From an uncultured Planctomycetia bacterium (lineage in GTDB: Bacteria; Omnitrophota; Gorgyraeia; Duberdicusellales; 4484-171), in contig CAZHYN010000013.1 of NCBI GenBank assembly GCA_964536865.1, positions 1-32,000 of the forward strand: a stretch of DNA of 32,000 bases, given 5' to 3'. This document shows positions 1-8,707 of the stretch, piece by piece. The notes beneath the pieces are model-generated. The model was not told the origin of the DNA. It did no database searches and worked only from the letters and a program-made list of their open reading frames with translations. Made by a program: the position numbers and the translations under genes. How positions within the stretch are numbered: the first letter of the stretch is position 1; every line of letters starts with the position of its first letter.

Positions 1-291
1 TACCTCTTCTAACTCCTCTTTAAGGGTATCTAACTCTTTCAGTTTCTCTTTTAAGTTGGAGATTTCTTTTTCTTTTTGCTCTAACTGAGAAGTAAGTTTC
101 TTTTTCTCTTCTCGGAGCTTTAAGAAAGAGTCTTCTAAAAATTGGAGTTTTTTACTTTCTTCAATTATAGTTTCTTCCAAATATTTTATTTTAGATTCAA
201 GTTCTGAAGTTGAGGAGAAGGAAAGATTGTGGGAAGCAAGAAGGAATGAAAAAAAAGTTATGAATGTTATTGTATTTTTTATCTTCCTCAC
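1..291 (-). CDS. Signal-peptide/TM-anchored coiled-coil protein, N-terminal 97 codons only (gene runs off the left edge)
   Basis: Own reverse-strand translation from GTG (291..289): VRKIKNTITFITFFSFLLASHNLSFSSTSELESKIKYLEETIIEESKKLQFLEDSFLKLREEKKKLTSQLEQKEKEISNLKEKLKELDTLKEELEEV, open to position 1. An in-frame TAA lies six codons upstream of the GTG. A consensus promoter sits immediately upstream. Hydrophobic N-terminus followed by E/K/L heptad-like sequence. Confidence 0.55.
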   Translation of the reverse strand, partial: MRKIKNTITFITFFSFLLASHNLSFSSTSELESKIKYLEETIIEESKKLQFLEDSFLKLREEKKKLTSQLEQKEKEISNLKEKLKELDTLKEELEEV

Positions 292-298
292 TAGAGAA

Positions 299-327
299 AT
301 TATACTTTAGCAGTAATTTATTGTCAA
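299..327 (-). promoter_or_regulatory. Sigma70-type promoter for the left-edge coiled-coil gene (TTGACA-17-TATAAT), 7 nt before the GTG start
   Basis: Minus strand reads TTGACA (327..322), a 17-nt spacer, TATAAT (304..299), then 7 nt to GTG at 291. Confidence 0.55.
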
Positions 328-370
328 ATGATTTTACCTTCTTAAATAGTTGGCGAATTTAACTTTTATA

Positions 371-398
371 TTTACAGGCATTTAATTTAAGGTATAAT
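371..398 (+). promoter_or_regulatory. Sigma70-type promoter for the NSS transporter gene (TTTACA-16-TATAAT), 8 nt before the ATG
   Basis: TTTACA 371..376, TATAAT 393..398, ATG 407. No Shine-Dalgarno sequence in the 8-nt gap (ttttttaaa-type). Confidence 0.45.
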
Positions 399-406
399 TT
401 TTTAAA

Positions 407-1924
407 ATGGAGAGAGATATCTTTGCTGTCCACCGTCCTCAATGGAAGACCCACCTTGGTTTTTTACTTGCTGCTATTGGCTCAGCGATAGGATTAGGTA
501 ATATTTGGCGTTTTCCCTACCTGTGTTACAAGAATGGAGGGGGAGCATTTCTTATTCCTTACTTCCTAGCTCTAACGTTGGTAGGGGTTCCCCTTATGAT
601 TCTAGAGTTAGGCTTAGGGCACAGGATGAGGGGGTCGGCTCCGGCAAGTTTTGCTAGTATTTCAAAAAGATGGGAATGGTTAGGTTGGTGGCAGGTGATT
701 TTTGTAATGTTCGGAATAGTTCTCTACTATTCTGTAGTAATATCATGGTGCTTAAGTTTTCTTTTTTTCTCATTTAATCTAGGATGGGGTAACGATCCCA
801 ATAATTTCTTTTTTCATAAGTTTCTTATGGTAAGTAAAGGTCCTGCCTCCTTAGGAGATTTAAGAACCCCTATTATCTTTTCTTTACTGGTGGTTTGGCT
901 CCTAAATTGGGTTATTGTGTTTAAAGGAGTGCGTAGGGGTCTAGAGAGAGCAAATAAAATCTTTATGCCTCTCCTGTTTATCCTTACTGCTGTGATTGTC
1001 TTTTGGAGTATAAGACTTCCGGGGGCAAAAGAAGGTATAGCAATTTATTTAAAGCCTAATTTTACTCGGCTTAGAGATGTAAGAGTATGGATGGATGCTT
1101 TTGGGCAGATATTCTTTACTCTTAGTTTGGCTTTTGGAATTATGATTACTTACGCTTCCTATCTTCCTCGAAAGAGTCAAATTGTACGAGATTCTTTCTC
1201 TATAAGTTTTATAAATTGTTTCTTCTCTCTATTTGCGGGATTTGGAGTATTTTCTATTTTAGGATATATGGCTAAAGCCACTTCAGCGGAGATAGGAGAA
1301 GTAGTAAAAGAATCCATAGGGCTTGCCTTCGTAGCCTATCCTAAAGCAATAAGTATGCTTCCTTGCTTTCCTCGTCTCTTCGGAGTAATGTTTTTTGCTA
1401 TTCTTACTATAGCAGGTCTTTCTTCGGCTATTTCTATTCTGGAAGCATTTTCCTCAGCAATTATTGATAAGTTTCACTACTCCAGAAAGATAGTAGTTTC
1501 TGTGCTTTCTGTATTTGGTTTTCTGGGGGGGATAATCTTTACTACCCAAGCAGGTCTATACTGGTTAGATATAGTGGATCATTTTCTTACCCAGTACGGA
1601 CTTATTTTGGCAGCAATTTTTGAGTGTATAGTCTTAGGATGGATTTATGGGGCAAAGAAGTTAAGAATACATATTAATCACTATGCTAGATGGCATCTAG
1701 GAAAATGGTGGGATTTTTCTATTAAATTTGTTTCTCCCCTCATTCTTTTTGCCCTATTTGTTTCTTCTTTAAGTGGGGAAGTTTTAACTCCCTATGGAGG
1801 GTACCCTTGGTTAGTTATCATCCTCATTGGTAGGGATTGGCTTATCTATACACTTTTCTTTGCTATTATTGTTGCTACCCATCCCTGGAGAGTGGAGCCA
1901 AAAGAGAGAGATAGCACCCCTTGA
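407..1924 (+). CDS. Neurotransmitter:sodium symporter (NSS/SNF) family transporter
   Basis: N-terminal NSS signature GSAIGLGNIWRFPYLCYKNGGGAFLIPY. About 11-12 hydrophobic segments across 505 aa. Confidence 0.9.
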   Translation: MERDIFAVHRPQWKTHLGFLLAAIGSAIGLGNIWRFPYLCYKNGGGAFLIPYFLALTLVGVPLMILELGLGHRMRGSAPASFASISKRWEWLGWWQVIFVMFGIVLYYSVVISWCLSFLFFSFNLGWGNDPNNFFFHKFLMVSKGPASLGDLRTPIIFSLLVVWLLNWVIVFKGVRRGLERANKIFMPLLFILTAVIVFWSIRLPGAKEGIAIYLKPNFTRLRDVRVWMDAFGQIFFTLSLAFGIMITYASYLPRKSQIVRDSFSISFINCFFSLFAGFGVFSILGYMAKATSAEIGEVVKESIGLAFVAYPKAISMLPCFPRLFGVMFFAILTIAGLSSAISILEAFSSAIIDKFHYSRKIVVSVLSVFGFLGGIIFTTQAGLYWLDIVDHFLTQYGLILAAIFECIVLGWIYGAKKLRIHINHYARWHLGKWWDFSIKFVSPLILFALFVSSLSGEVLTPYGGYPWLVIILIGRDWLIYTLFFAIIVATHPWRVEPKERDSTP

Positions 1925-1931
1925 ACTCAAA

Positions 1932-2828
1932 GTGAGAAAGAATTTTTCCTTCAAAGTTATTTTTTTTCTCCTATCCCTTTGTATACTAGTTTCTTCTTCT
2001 TTTTACCTCTGTTCTTTCTACAGAGAAAAAAAACTTTTTTCTACTCTAAAGAAAGAGATTTTAGATCTTACTATTTCTTTTGAAGGTGAGATCTCTTTTT
2101 TAGTAAAGAATTTAAGGTTTCCCTACTTAAAGATTTCTTCTAAAGAAGAATTAATTTTTCCTGCTGCTAGTCTTATAAAATTACCACTTGTTGTGATAGC
2201 TCTCCAAGCACTCAAAGAAAGCAAAGTTTCTTCTCAAAAATATGTTACTGTTAAGAAAGAAGATATAGTGGGTGGTTCAGGAATAATTAAGAAAATGAAA
2301 ACTCCTCTTAGAGTACGTTTTGAGAAGCTCTGTGAATTATCAATTTCTTATAGTGATAATACTGCTACCAATAAAATAATTGATATTTTAGGTTTTGATT
2401 ATATAAATAGAAATTTCAAGAAGATAGGGCTGAAGAATACGTCCTTGAAAAGGAAAATGATGGATTTTAGAAAAAGAAGCAGAGGGATAGAGAATTATAC
2501 TACTACTTTAGATATAGCATATCTTTTGGAAAAGATCTACAGAGGGAGAATTTCTGATAAAGATGCTTCTAAAGTTCTTCTCTCATTTTTAAAAAGACAG
2601 AAAGTAAGAGATCGTCTCCCTCGATACTTGCCTAAGGGTGTAGTAGTTGCTCACAAAACAGGGTTAGAGAAGGGAGTAGTTCATGATGCAGGAATCGTTT
2701 TTACTCCTCAAGGAGATTACATAATCTGTGTATTAACTAAAAAAGTGAAGAATTACCAAAAGACAAAAAAGATGATTGCTGAGGTTTCTCTTCTAGTGTA
2801 TACCTTTTATCAGAAACTGAAAAGTTGA
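1932..2828 (+). CDS. Class A beta-lactamase-like serine hydrolase with an N-terminal membrane anchor
   Basis: The three class-A motifs occur in order: SxxK (AASLIKLP), SDN (SYSDNTATN), KTG (AHKTGL). The start is uncertain. The ORF-track ATG at 1827 overlaps the transporter by 98 nt. GTG at 1932 lies just after the transporter stop and keeps the anchor VRKNFSFKVIFFLLSLCILV. Confidence 0.7.
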   Translation: MRKNFSFKVIFFLLSLCILVSSSFYLCSFYREKKLFSTLKKEILDLTISFEGEISFLVKNLRFPYLKISSKEELIFPAASLIKLPLVVIALQALKESKVSSQKYVTVKKEDIVGGSGIIKKMKTPLRVRFEKLCELSISYSDNTATNKIIDILGFDYINRNFKKIGLKNTSLKRKMMDFRKRSRGIENYTTTLDIAYLLEKIYRGRISDKDASKVLLSFLKRQKVRDRLPRYLPKGVVVAHKTGLEKGVVHDAGIVFTPQGDYIICVLTKKVKNYQKTKKMIAEVSLLVYTFYQKLKS

Positions 2829-2942
2829 AGAGATAGATAACTTAATATTGCTTTTATGTAAGATAGTGTTATCATCTAATAAAAAAGGATTCAAATTTCC
2901 TAAGGTAATTCTCAACAAAAAGTGGGAAGGAGAGTAAGTTTT

Positions 2943-4163
2943 ATGAAGTGCTTTGATAAGAAGATTTTAGCTTTGATACTTGCAGGAGGAAAGGGAGAAA
3001 GACTTTACCCTCTTACTCTAGAGAGAACTAAACCTTCTGTTCCTTTTGGAGGTAAATACAGGATTATTGATTTTTCTTTGAGTAATCTCATAAATTCGGG
3101 GATATATTCTATTTATGTATTAGTGCAATATAAATCCCAATCTCTAATTGAACATATAAGAACTACCTGGAGCATTGCCGGTCTTCCCTCTGAGTATTTT
3201 ATAACCGTTGTTCCTCCACAAATGAGGAAAGAAGAGGTTAAAGATTGGTATAGAGGCACAGCAGATTCTATTTATCAGAATATAAACCTTATCTATGACT
3301 ATAAGCCTGATATTGTTGTAATTTTAAGTGGTGATCATATCTATAGGATGGATGTGAGAGAAATGATAAATTACCATCTTGAAAAGAAAGCAGAGCTTAC
3401 GCTTTCTACGATTCCTGTGGATGCAGAAGAAATTTCTCAATTAGGTATAGTAAAAATAGATGAGGAGAGACAAGTTTTGGATTTTAGAGAAAAACCTACA
3501 AAAGCAGAGGGTAATTATTTAGCTTCTATGGGTAACTATGTATTTAATACTCAGTTGTTGATAGAGGCCTTGGAGGGGGATGCTCATAGAAATTCAACTC
3601 ACGATTTCGGTAGAGATATTATTCCTAGTTTGATTAAAAAAGGAGCTAAGGTGTATGGTTACGATTTTTCCACCAACAGAATTCCTGGTATAAAAGGTTA
3701 CGAAAGAGGGGCTTACTGGCGAGACGTAGGTACGATAAAGAGTTACTGGGAGGCAAATATGGATCTTTTAGGAGAAAAACCGGTCTTGGATTTAGATAAT
3801 CAGCAATGGCCTATACATGCTTCCAATCTTTATTGTCCTCCTGCCTATATAGCAGAGTCTGAGGTTATAAATTCCTTAGTTTGCGAAGGCTCAAAGGTAA
3901 CGAAAGCGAAGATTAAAAACTCTATTCTAGGTCGGGGAGTAAAAATAGAGAAGGAGGTAGAGATAGAAGATTCTATCGTGATGGATTTTACTCATATAAA
4001 AAGAGGGAGTAGAATTAAGTCAGCAATCATAGATAGGTTTAATACTATAGAAGAGAATAGTTCTATCGGCTACGATAGAAATAAGGATGTAAAAAATTAT
4101 TATGTTGATTCCTCAGGGATAGTGGTAGTTAAACGGGGCCTAAGAAGAACCTTTCTTTCTTAA
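2943..4163 (+). CDS. glgC: Glucose-1-phosphate adenylyltransferase
   Basis: ILAGGKGERLYPLTLERTKPSVPFGGKYRIIDFSLSNLINSGI is the canonical GlgC N-terminal motif. The C-terminal part looks like a left-handed beta-helix. ATG at 2943 is preceded by GGAAGGAGAG (2925..2934), so I prefer it to the GTG at 2922. Confidence 0.9.
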   Translation: MKCFDKKILALILAGGKGERLYPLTLERTKPSVPFGGKYRIIDFSLSNLINSGIYSIYVLVQYKSQSLIEHIRTTWSIAGLPSEYFITVVPPQMRKEEVKDWYRGTADSIYQNINLIYDYKPDIVVILSGDHIYRMDVREMINYHLEKKAELTLSTIPVDAEEISQLGIVKIDEERQVLDFREKPTKAEGNYLASMGNYVFNTQLLIEALEGDAHRNSTHDFGRDIIPSLIKKGAKVYGYDFSTNRIPGIKGYERGAYWRDVGTIKSYWEANMDLLGEKPVLDLDNQQWPIHASNLYCPPAYIAESEVINSLVCEGSKVTKAKIKNSILGRGVKIEKEVEIEDSIVMDFTHIKRGSRIKSAIIDRFNTIEENSSIGYDRNKDVKNYYVDSSGIVVVKRGLRRTFLS

Positions 4164-4233
4164 CTTACCTTATAAATATAATACCTCTTAGATTCATACA
4201 TATTAGGAAGATAGAAGGAAGTGAAGAGAAGCT

Positions 4234-6177
4234 TTAAATTTCCTGTCTTAGTTGTTTTTCAGCATCCACTACATCTCGATTTACTCTACTTATACAGTTC
4301 CTTATTTTTGATTTGAAAGAGGTATCTATAGCCTTGGATGAAAGCATTTCTCTTAGTACTTGGATAGTCATCCTAAAGTACCTTACTAATTCTCCTTCGT
4401 CAATAGCAGAGAAATTAGTAAGTTTATAAAAGCTAATTCCTTCATACCATGCAGAGGAAGCTTGAGTGATGTGGAAATAGAACTTTTTACTTAAGGGGTA
4501 TATCCTATAACGTCTCTCTTGAGTATGTATTTCTTTTATAAAAAGATTTAATTCTCTCTTTAGCCGTTTAATCCTCTTGTTAAGCTTAGGTTTTTTTTCT
4601 CCTTTGCGAGGTTCATACACTAAAGAAGAAATTATCACAAAGAGCATTCTTTCATCGAGACTTTCCAAGAATCCACTTTCAAATAACTCTCCTATCTGTA
4701 ATTCAAAGCTATATACTTTCGATGCTAATTCTCCTTTCCCGCTTAGTGTATCTCCTATGATGTAGCCTGTGTCTTTTAGAAGTTGTAATTTTCTTTTTAA
4801 TAGATTCTGCGCTTCTCTTTTTTCTAACTCCTGAGATTGATAGAAGTGAAAAGATAGAGGATAGATATCTAAAAGTTTATCTTTCATGATGAGGAAGAGA
4901 TTAAGAATGGTAGCATAGCAGCTTCTTAACTGACTTACAATAGGTTCATACCTACCGTAAATAATTTCCCTTAAACTAGTAAGATCTATTTGGTGGGGGT
5001 TAATTCTAGCGAATACATACCCTTCCTTATCTATTCCTCTTCGTCCTGCTCGCCCTGCCATCTGGTAGAAATCACGGGTTTTCAGATAACGAGTATACCT
5101 TCCATAGAACTTGGTAAGATTGTCAAACACTACAGTCTTTGCAGGCATATTTATTCCCAAGGCAAAGGTCTCTGTAGTAAAGATAAATTTTATAAGACCC
5201 GTAGTGAAGAGCCTCTCCACTATTTCTTTCAAAGTAGGCAGGAGTCCTGCATGGTGGTAGGCTATCCCTTTTTTTATGAGGGGAAAAAGGTAGGTCAAGG
5301 AACGATCACTACCAAGGTTGAATTTTTCTACCAGCTCTAAGAAGATGTTTTTTATTCTTTCTTTCTCCTCTTTAGTAAGAAAATTATAGCTATAAACTTC
5401 TGAAGCGAGATCTTCACATCTTCGTCTAGAAAAAGCAAAATATATACAAGGAAGAGCTCCTCTCTCTCTTAGATAGTTTATCAAAGTAGAGAGCTTGTTG
5501 GCTTTGAAAAAATGGATTCCCTCTTTAAAAGTTTTTTGCTTTATTCTCTTTCTTAAATAATGGGATTCTTCTAATTTCTTAAAGTCAGGAAAAATCTCAT
5601 TATTGCATTGAAAGAAGAAACGTAAAGGTACGGGTCTTTTCTTTTCTATTACTGCTCTTACAGGAAAAGGATGGACTCTTTTTAACCAATCTGTGAACTC
5701 ATCTATATTAGGGATAGTAGCGCTTAAGGCAAGGATACGAATGTGTTTAGGTAAGAGTATTATTGATTCTTCCCATACAGTTCCCCGATCGATATCATCA
5801 AGATAATGAATTTCGTCGAATATTACCCAATGACAGTCTTCGAGATTAGTGGGATCAACTAATATGGAATTTCTGAATATCTCCGTAGTCATAATAAGAA
5901 GAGGAGCACTAGAATTTATACTCACATCTCCCGTTAGAATACCTGTAATTTTAGGCCAGGTTTTAGAAAAGTCTCTAAATTTTTGGTTGCTTAGTGCCTT
6001 TATAGGAGCAGTATAGACTACTTTTTGATGAAGGTGGATACACCTTCTGATGATATATTCAGCGATTAATGTTTTGCCAGCCCCTGTAGGAGCACTTACT
6101 ATAACAGAGTGTCCTCTTTTAGCTAGTCCTATAGCTTCTTCTTGAAACCTATCAAGTTTTATCTTTTTCTTTTCCAC
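4234..6177 (-). CDS. Ski2/HelY-like superfamily 2 DEAD/DEAH-box helicase
   Basis: Walker A SAPTGAGKTLIAE, motif II DEIHY, motif III SAT, motif VI QMAGRAGRRG. GTG start at 6177 (plus-strand cac at 6175..6177). Confidence 0.85.
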   Translation of the reverse strand: MEKKKIKLDRFQEEAIGLAKRGHSVIVSAPTGAGKTLIAEYIIRRCIHLHQKVVYTAPIKALSNQKFRDFSKTWPKITGILTGDVSINSSAPLLIMTTEIFRNSILVDPTNLEDCHWVIFDEIHYLDDIDRGTVWEESIILLPKHIRILALSATIPNIDEFTDWLKRVHPFPVRAVIEKKRPVPLRFFFQCNNEIFPDFKKLEESHYLRKRIKQKTFKEGIHFFKANKLSTLINYLRERGALPCIYFAFSRRRCEDLASEVYSYNFLTKEEKERIKNIFLELVEKFNLGSDRSLTYLFPLIKKGIAYHHAGLLPTLKEIVERLFTTGLIKFIFTTETFALGINMPAKTVVFDNLTKFYGRYTRYLKTRDFYQMAGRAGRRGIDKEGYVFARINPHQIDLTSLREIIYGRYEPIVSQLRSCYATILNLFLIMKDKLLDIYPLSFHFYQSQELEKREAQNLLKRKLQLLKDTGYIIGDTLSGKGELASKVYSFELQIGELFESGFLESLDERMLFVIISSLVYEPRKGEKKPKLNKRIKRLKRELNLFIKEIHTQERRYRIYPLSKKFYFHITQASSAWYEGISFYKLTNFSAIDEGELVRYFRMTIQVLREMLSSKAIDTSFKSKIRNCISRVNRDVVDAEKQLRQEI

Positions 6178-6226
6178 AACAACTAAAATTATATCAGATT
6201 ACTATAGTGAGGAAAGGAAAAACTGT

Positions 6227-6254
6227 TTGACAACTATTTACTCTCAAGTATAAT
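6227..6254 (+). promoter_or_regulatory. Sigma70-type promoter for the coiled-coil/minor-pilin operon (TTGACA-16-TATAAT)
   Basis: TTGACA 6227..6232, TATAAT 6249..6254, ATG 6268 (13-nt gap, no SD). Confidence 0.5.
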
Positions 6255-6267
6255 TTTCCTAGAACCT

Positions 6268-7176
6268 ATGAAACTAATCAGAATAGGCGGTCTCTTTCTT
6301 CTCTTAATTTTTATATTTTTTCTCTCTGCTTTTCCTGAAGAAATGAAAGATTTTAATACCCAGCCAAGTATACAGGTAGAGAATTTAAAAAGTTATTTCT
6401 CTGCTTTAGTAGTTCAACTTATCCAAGTTATAAAGGAAAAAGAAAAGACTATCAATCAGCTGAATTCTCAATTAAATCAACTCTCTGATGAATTATCTAC
6501 TCTTAAGAAAGATTTAGAAGCAGTCAGAGAAAAGAATAGAGAATTATCTCAGGAAACAGAGAGAGAAAGAGGTTTGGCAAGGAGATTAGAAGAAAAAGTT
6601 GCTCAACAACTCCAGTTCAAGAAGAAATTAGAAGATGCAAAGGAGAGAGTAGAGAGGTTAACCAAGGAATTGGAAGTAAGAGAAGAGGAGATTCAGAGAC
6701 TACAAGATATTCTCTACGCTTATAAACTTAAAGAGAAGGAAAAGTTTCGGGAGGCATCTTCATCTCAATTAGAAGATAAAGAAAGGATTATTGATAGTTT
6801 GGATAGAGAGCTTCAAATGTATAAACAGCAGAGTAAAGAATTGGAAAGAGAGCTAGCTTATCTTAAGGAAAGTAATCAAACTCTGGTCCAAGAATTAGAG
6901 GAGAAGGAGAAAGCAATAGAGGAGTTGGAAAGGAAAATCCGGTCTTTCCCGAAACCTTCTGAGCAAGTTAATGAAGAATTGGAGAAGAGAGCTCAACAGT
7001 TGGTGAGACTGAAGAAAGAATTAGAGGAAAGAGAAGCACTTTTGAATAAAGAAAGAACACAGTTTTTAGAAGAGCTTGAACTTAAAGAGAAAGAAATTTC
7101 TGCTTTAAAAAGTATGATTAAGAGTATGATTGAGAATATCGATGTATATAGTCCTGCTAACTCTCACCAAAATTAA
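6268..7176 (+). CDS. Secreted or membrane-anchored long coiled-coil protein, function unknown (first gene of the minor-pilin operon)
   Basis: N-terminus MKLIRIGGLFLLLIFIFFLSAFPEE is signal-peptide-like. It is followed by about 270 aa of E/K/L/Q-rich heptad-like sequence. Its stop overlaps the next start (TAATG at 7174..7178). Confidence 0.7.
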   Translation: MKLIRIGGLFLLLIFIFFLSAFPEEMKDFNTQPSIQVENLKSYFSALVVQLIQVIKEKEKTINQLNSQLNQLSDELSTLKKDLEAVREKNRELSQETERERGLARRLEEKVAQQLQFKKKLEDAKERVERLTKELEVREEEIQRLQDILYAYKLKEKEKFREASSSQLEDKERIIDSLDRELQMYKQQSKELERELAYLKESNQTLVQELEEKEKAIEELERKIRSFPKPSEQVNEELEKRAQQLVRLKKELEEREALLNKERTQFLEELELKEKEISALKSMIKSMIENIDVYSPANSHQN

Positions 7177-7757
7177 TGATGGATTCTTCTGCACACTCCA
7201 GATCTAACTTCACCCCACACTGGAGAGTTTTCTTACATTCTTGGTTTTTTAATAATTTTTCTCTCAAGAAGTGTGCCCTCACATTAGTTGAAATTATAGT
7301 AATTATTCTCATTATAGGAATTCTTGCCATAGTAGCTCTTCCTCGGTTCAGCGTTTTCTATGAGATAAGACTACAGGGAGCAGCCAAAAAAATAGTTTCC
7401 GATATAAGATACGCACAAAGTATGGCAATCTCTTACCATACTTTTACTCGTATAGTTTTTGATGAGAGTAGCGATACCTATAGGGGAGAGTATTTTTATG
7501 CTGACGAATGGAGGAATCTCCGTGATCCTTTAACTGGCGAGGATTTAGAACTAGATTTTCGTACCGACTATCAATATAAAGGCATAGATATTTTGAATGT
7601 AGATTTTGGGGGTACCACTACTTTAATGTTTGACTGGCAAGGTATTCCTCAGGATGAAAATGGTATGGAGCGCTCTGGTTCTCTAGGTTTATCTTACAAA
7701 GGTAGGCTTATCACTATAACAGTAGCTCCTCGAACAGGGAAAATTAACGTAGAGTGA
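7176..7757 (+). CDS. Prepilin-type minor pilin/pseudopilin, FimT/GspH-like
   Basis: Class III signal-like segment KKCA-LTLVEIIVIILIIGILAIVALPRF with Glu at +5. It is followed by AAKKIVSDIRYAQSMAI, typical of GspH/FimT-family proteins. First of four consecutive prepilin genes. Confidence 0.72.
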   Translation: MMDSSAHSRSNFTPHWRVFLHSWFFNNFSLKKCALTLVEIIVIILIIGILAIVALPRFSVFYEIRLQGAAKKIVSDIRYAQSMAISYHTFTRIVFDESSDTYRGEYFYADEWRNLRDPLTGEDLELDFRTDYQYKGIDILNVDFGGTTTLMFDWQGIPQDENGMERSGSLGLSYKGRLITITVAPRTGKINVE

Positions 7758-7758
7758 G

Positions 7759-8166
7759 ATGAAAGAGATTTATTCTTCTCTTTCTAAAAAAGGTATCACC
7801 CTTATTGAATTGATAGTGGTAATATTGATTTTGGCAATAGGTATTTCTGCTATTTTGGGACTTTTAGGAGAGACTGTTAGAAGAGTAAATGTAGCTGAGG
7901 AGATAGCTATTGCCACTTTTTACGCTCAGGAGAAAATGGAGGAGATAAAATCTAAAGATTTTGATGAAGTTGATGAATTAGAGGGAGAGGAAACTTTAGG
8001 AGAGGGATACGTAAGAACTACTTCTGTAGAATTTGCTTATCTTCAAGACGATGATTGGATTACTACTGAAGAGGTTACCGACTATAAGTTAATTAGAGTT
8101 TCCGTTTCTAAAGAAGGGAGTGCTACTCAAGGCGTTTTTCTAGTTACTGTGATAAGTAACTATTAG
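7759..8166 (+). CDS. Prepilin-type minor pilin/pseudopilin, PilV/GspI-like
   Basis: SKKG-ITLIELIVVILILAIGISA (G-1, E+5). Size (135 aa) and second position in the H-I-J-K order. Confidence 0.72.
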   Translation: MKEIYSSLSKKGITLIELIVVILILAIGISAILGLLGETVRRVNVAEEIAIATFYAQEKMEEIKSKDFDEVDELEGEETLGEGYVRTTSVEFAYLQDDDWITTEEVTDYKLIRVSVSKEGSATQGVFLVTVISNY

Positions 8167-8167
8167 A

Positions 8168-8707
8168 ATGAAAAGAGGAGTAACTTTAGTTGAATTAATT
8201 ATAACTATTGTTATAGTGGGAGTTTTATCTTTGGGAGTTGGTTGGTATTTTTCCAAAAGTATAGATATATGGAACTTTCTCTCCTTTAGAACAGAGATTT
8301 TAAATCAAGCAAGATTAGGAGTGGTAAGAATGGGGAGGGAGATCCGTCAGGTAAAAAAACCAACATTTGAGGAAGAAACCATTGAAGAAGCTACTTCTAC
8401 CTCCTTCCAATTTTTAGAGGTTACCTATGAGGGAGATAAGAGAATTAGATATAGATATGATGAAGCAGCTAAAAATTTATTTCGTGAAGAAGATTTCAAT
8501 ATGGATGAAGATTTTCAGGATACGAATGAATCCCAACTTCTCCTAACTGGCGTAGAAAATTTCCAATTTACTTACTTAGATAGGGAGGGTAATTCCACAT
8601 CAGTATTAGGAGAAATATATAGGATAAAAATTAATCTAGAGGTAAAAAGAGACGAAGAGTCTGTTCGAATTGATTATGAGGTTTTTCCTAGAAACTTTAA
8701 ATACTAA
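8168..8707 (+). CDS. Prepilin-type minor pilin/pseudopilin, PilW/GspJ-like
   Basis: MKRG-VTLVELIITIVIVGVLS (G-1, E+5). 179 aa, third position in the order. Confidence 0.68.
   Translation: MKRGVTLVELIITIVIVGVLSLGVGWYFSKSIDIWNFLSFRTEILNQARLGVVRMGREIRQVKKPTFEEETIEEATSTSFQFLEVTYEGDKRIRYRYDEAAKNLFREEDFNMDEDFQDTNESQLLLTGVENFQFTYLDREGNSTSVLGEIYRIKINLEVKRDEESVRIDYEVFPRNFKY

Noticed and set aside
1827-1931. ATG at 1827 as the start of the beta-lactamase-like gene (98-nt overlap with the NSS transporter)
   Set aside because: The overlapping segment would add a second hydrophobic stretch encoded in an alternative frame of the transporter's C-terminus. GTG at 1932, just past the transporter stop, gives a normal single N-terminal anchor. 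This is unresolved without homologue alignment, so I report it as start uncertainty rather than as a finding.
4234-6177. The Ski2-like helicase as part of an anti-phage defence system
   Set aside because: It is a single gene flanked by glgC and the pilus cluster. No adjacent nuclease, methylase, ATPase partner or other typical defence-island context is present. A housekeeping RNA/DNA helicase is the simpler reading.
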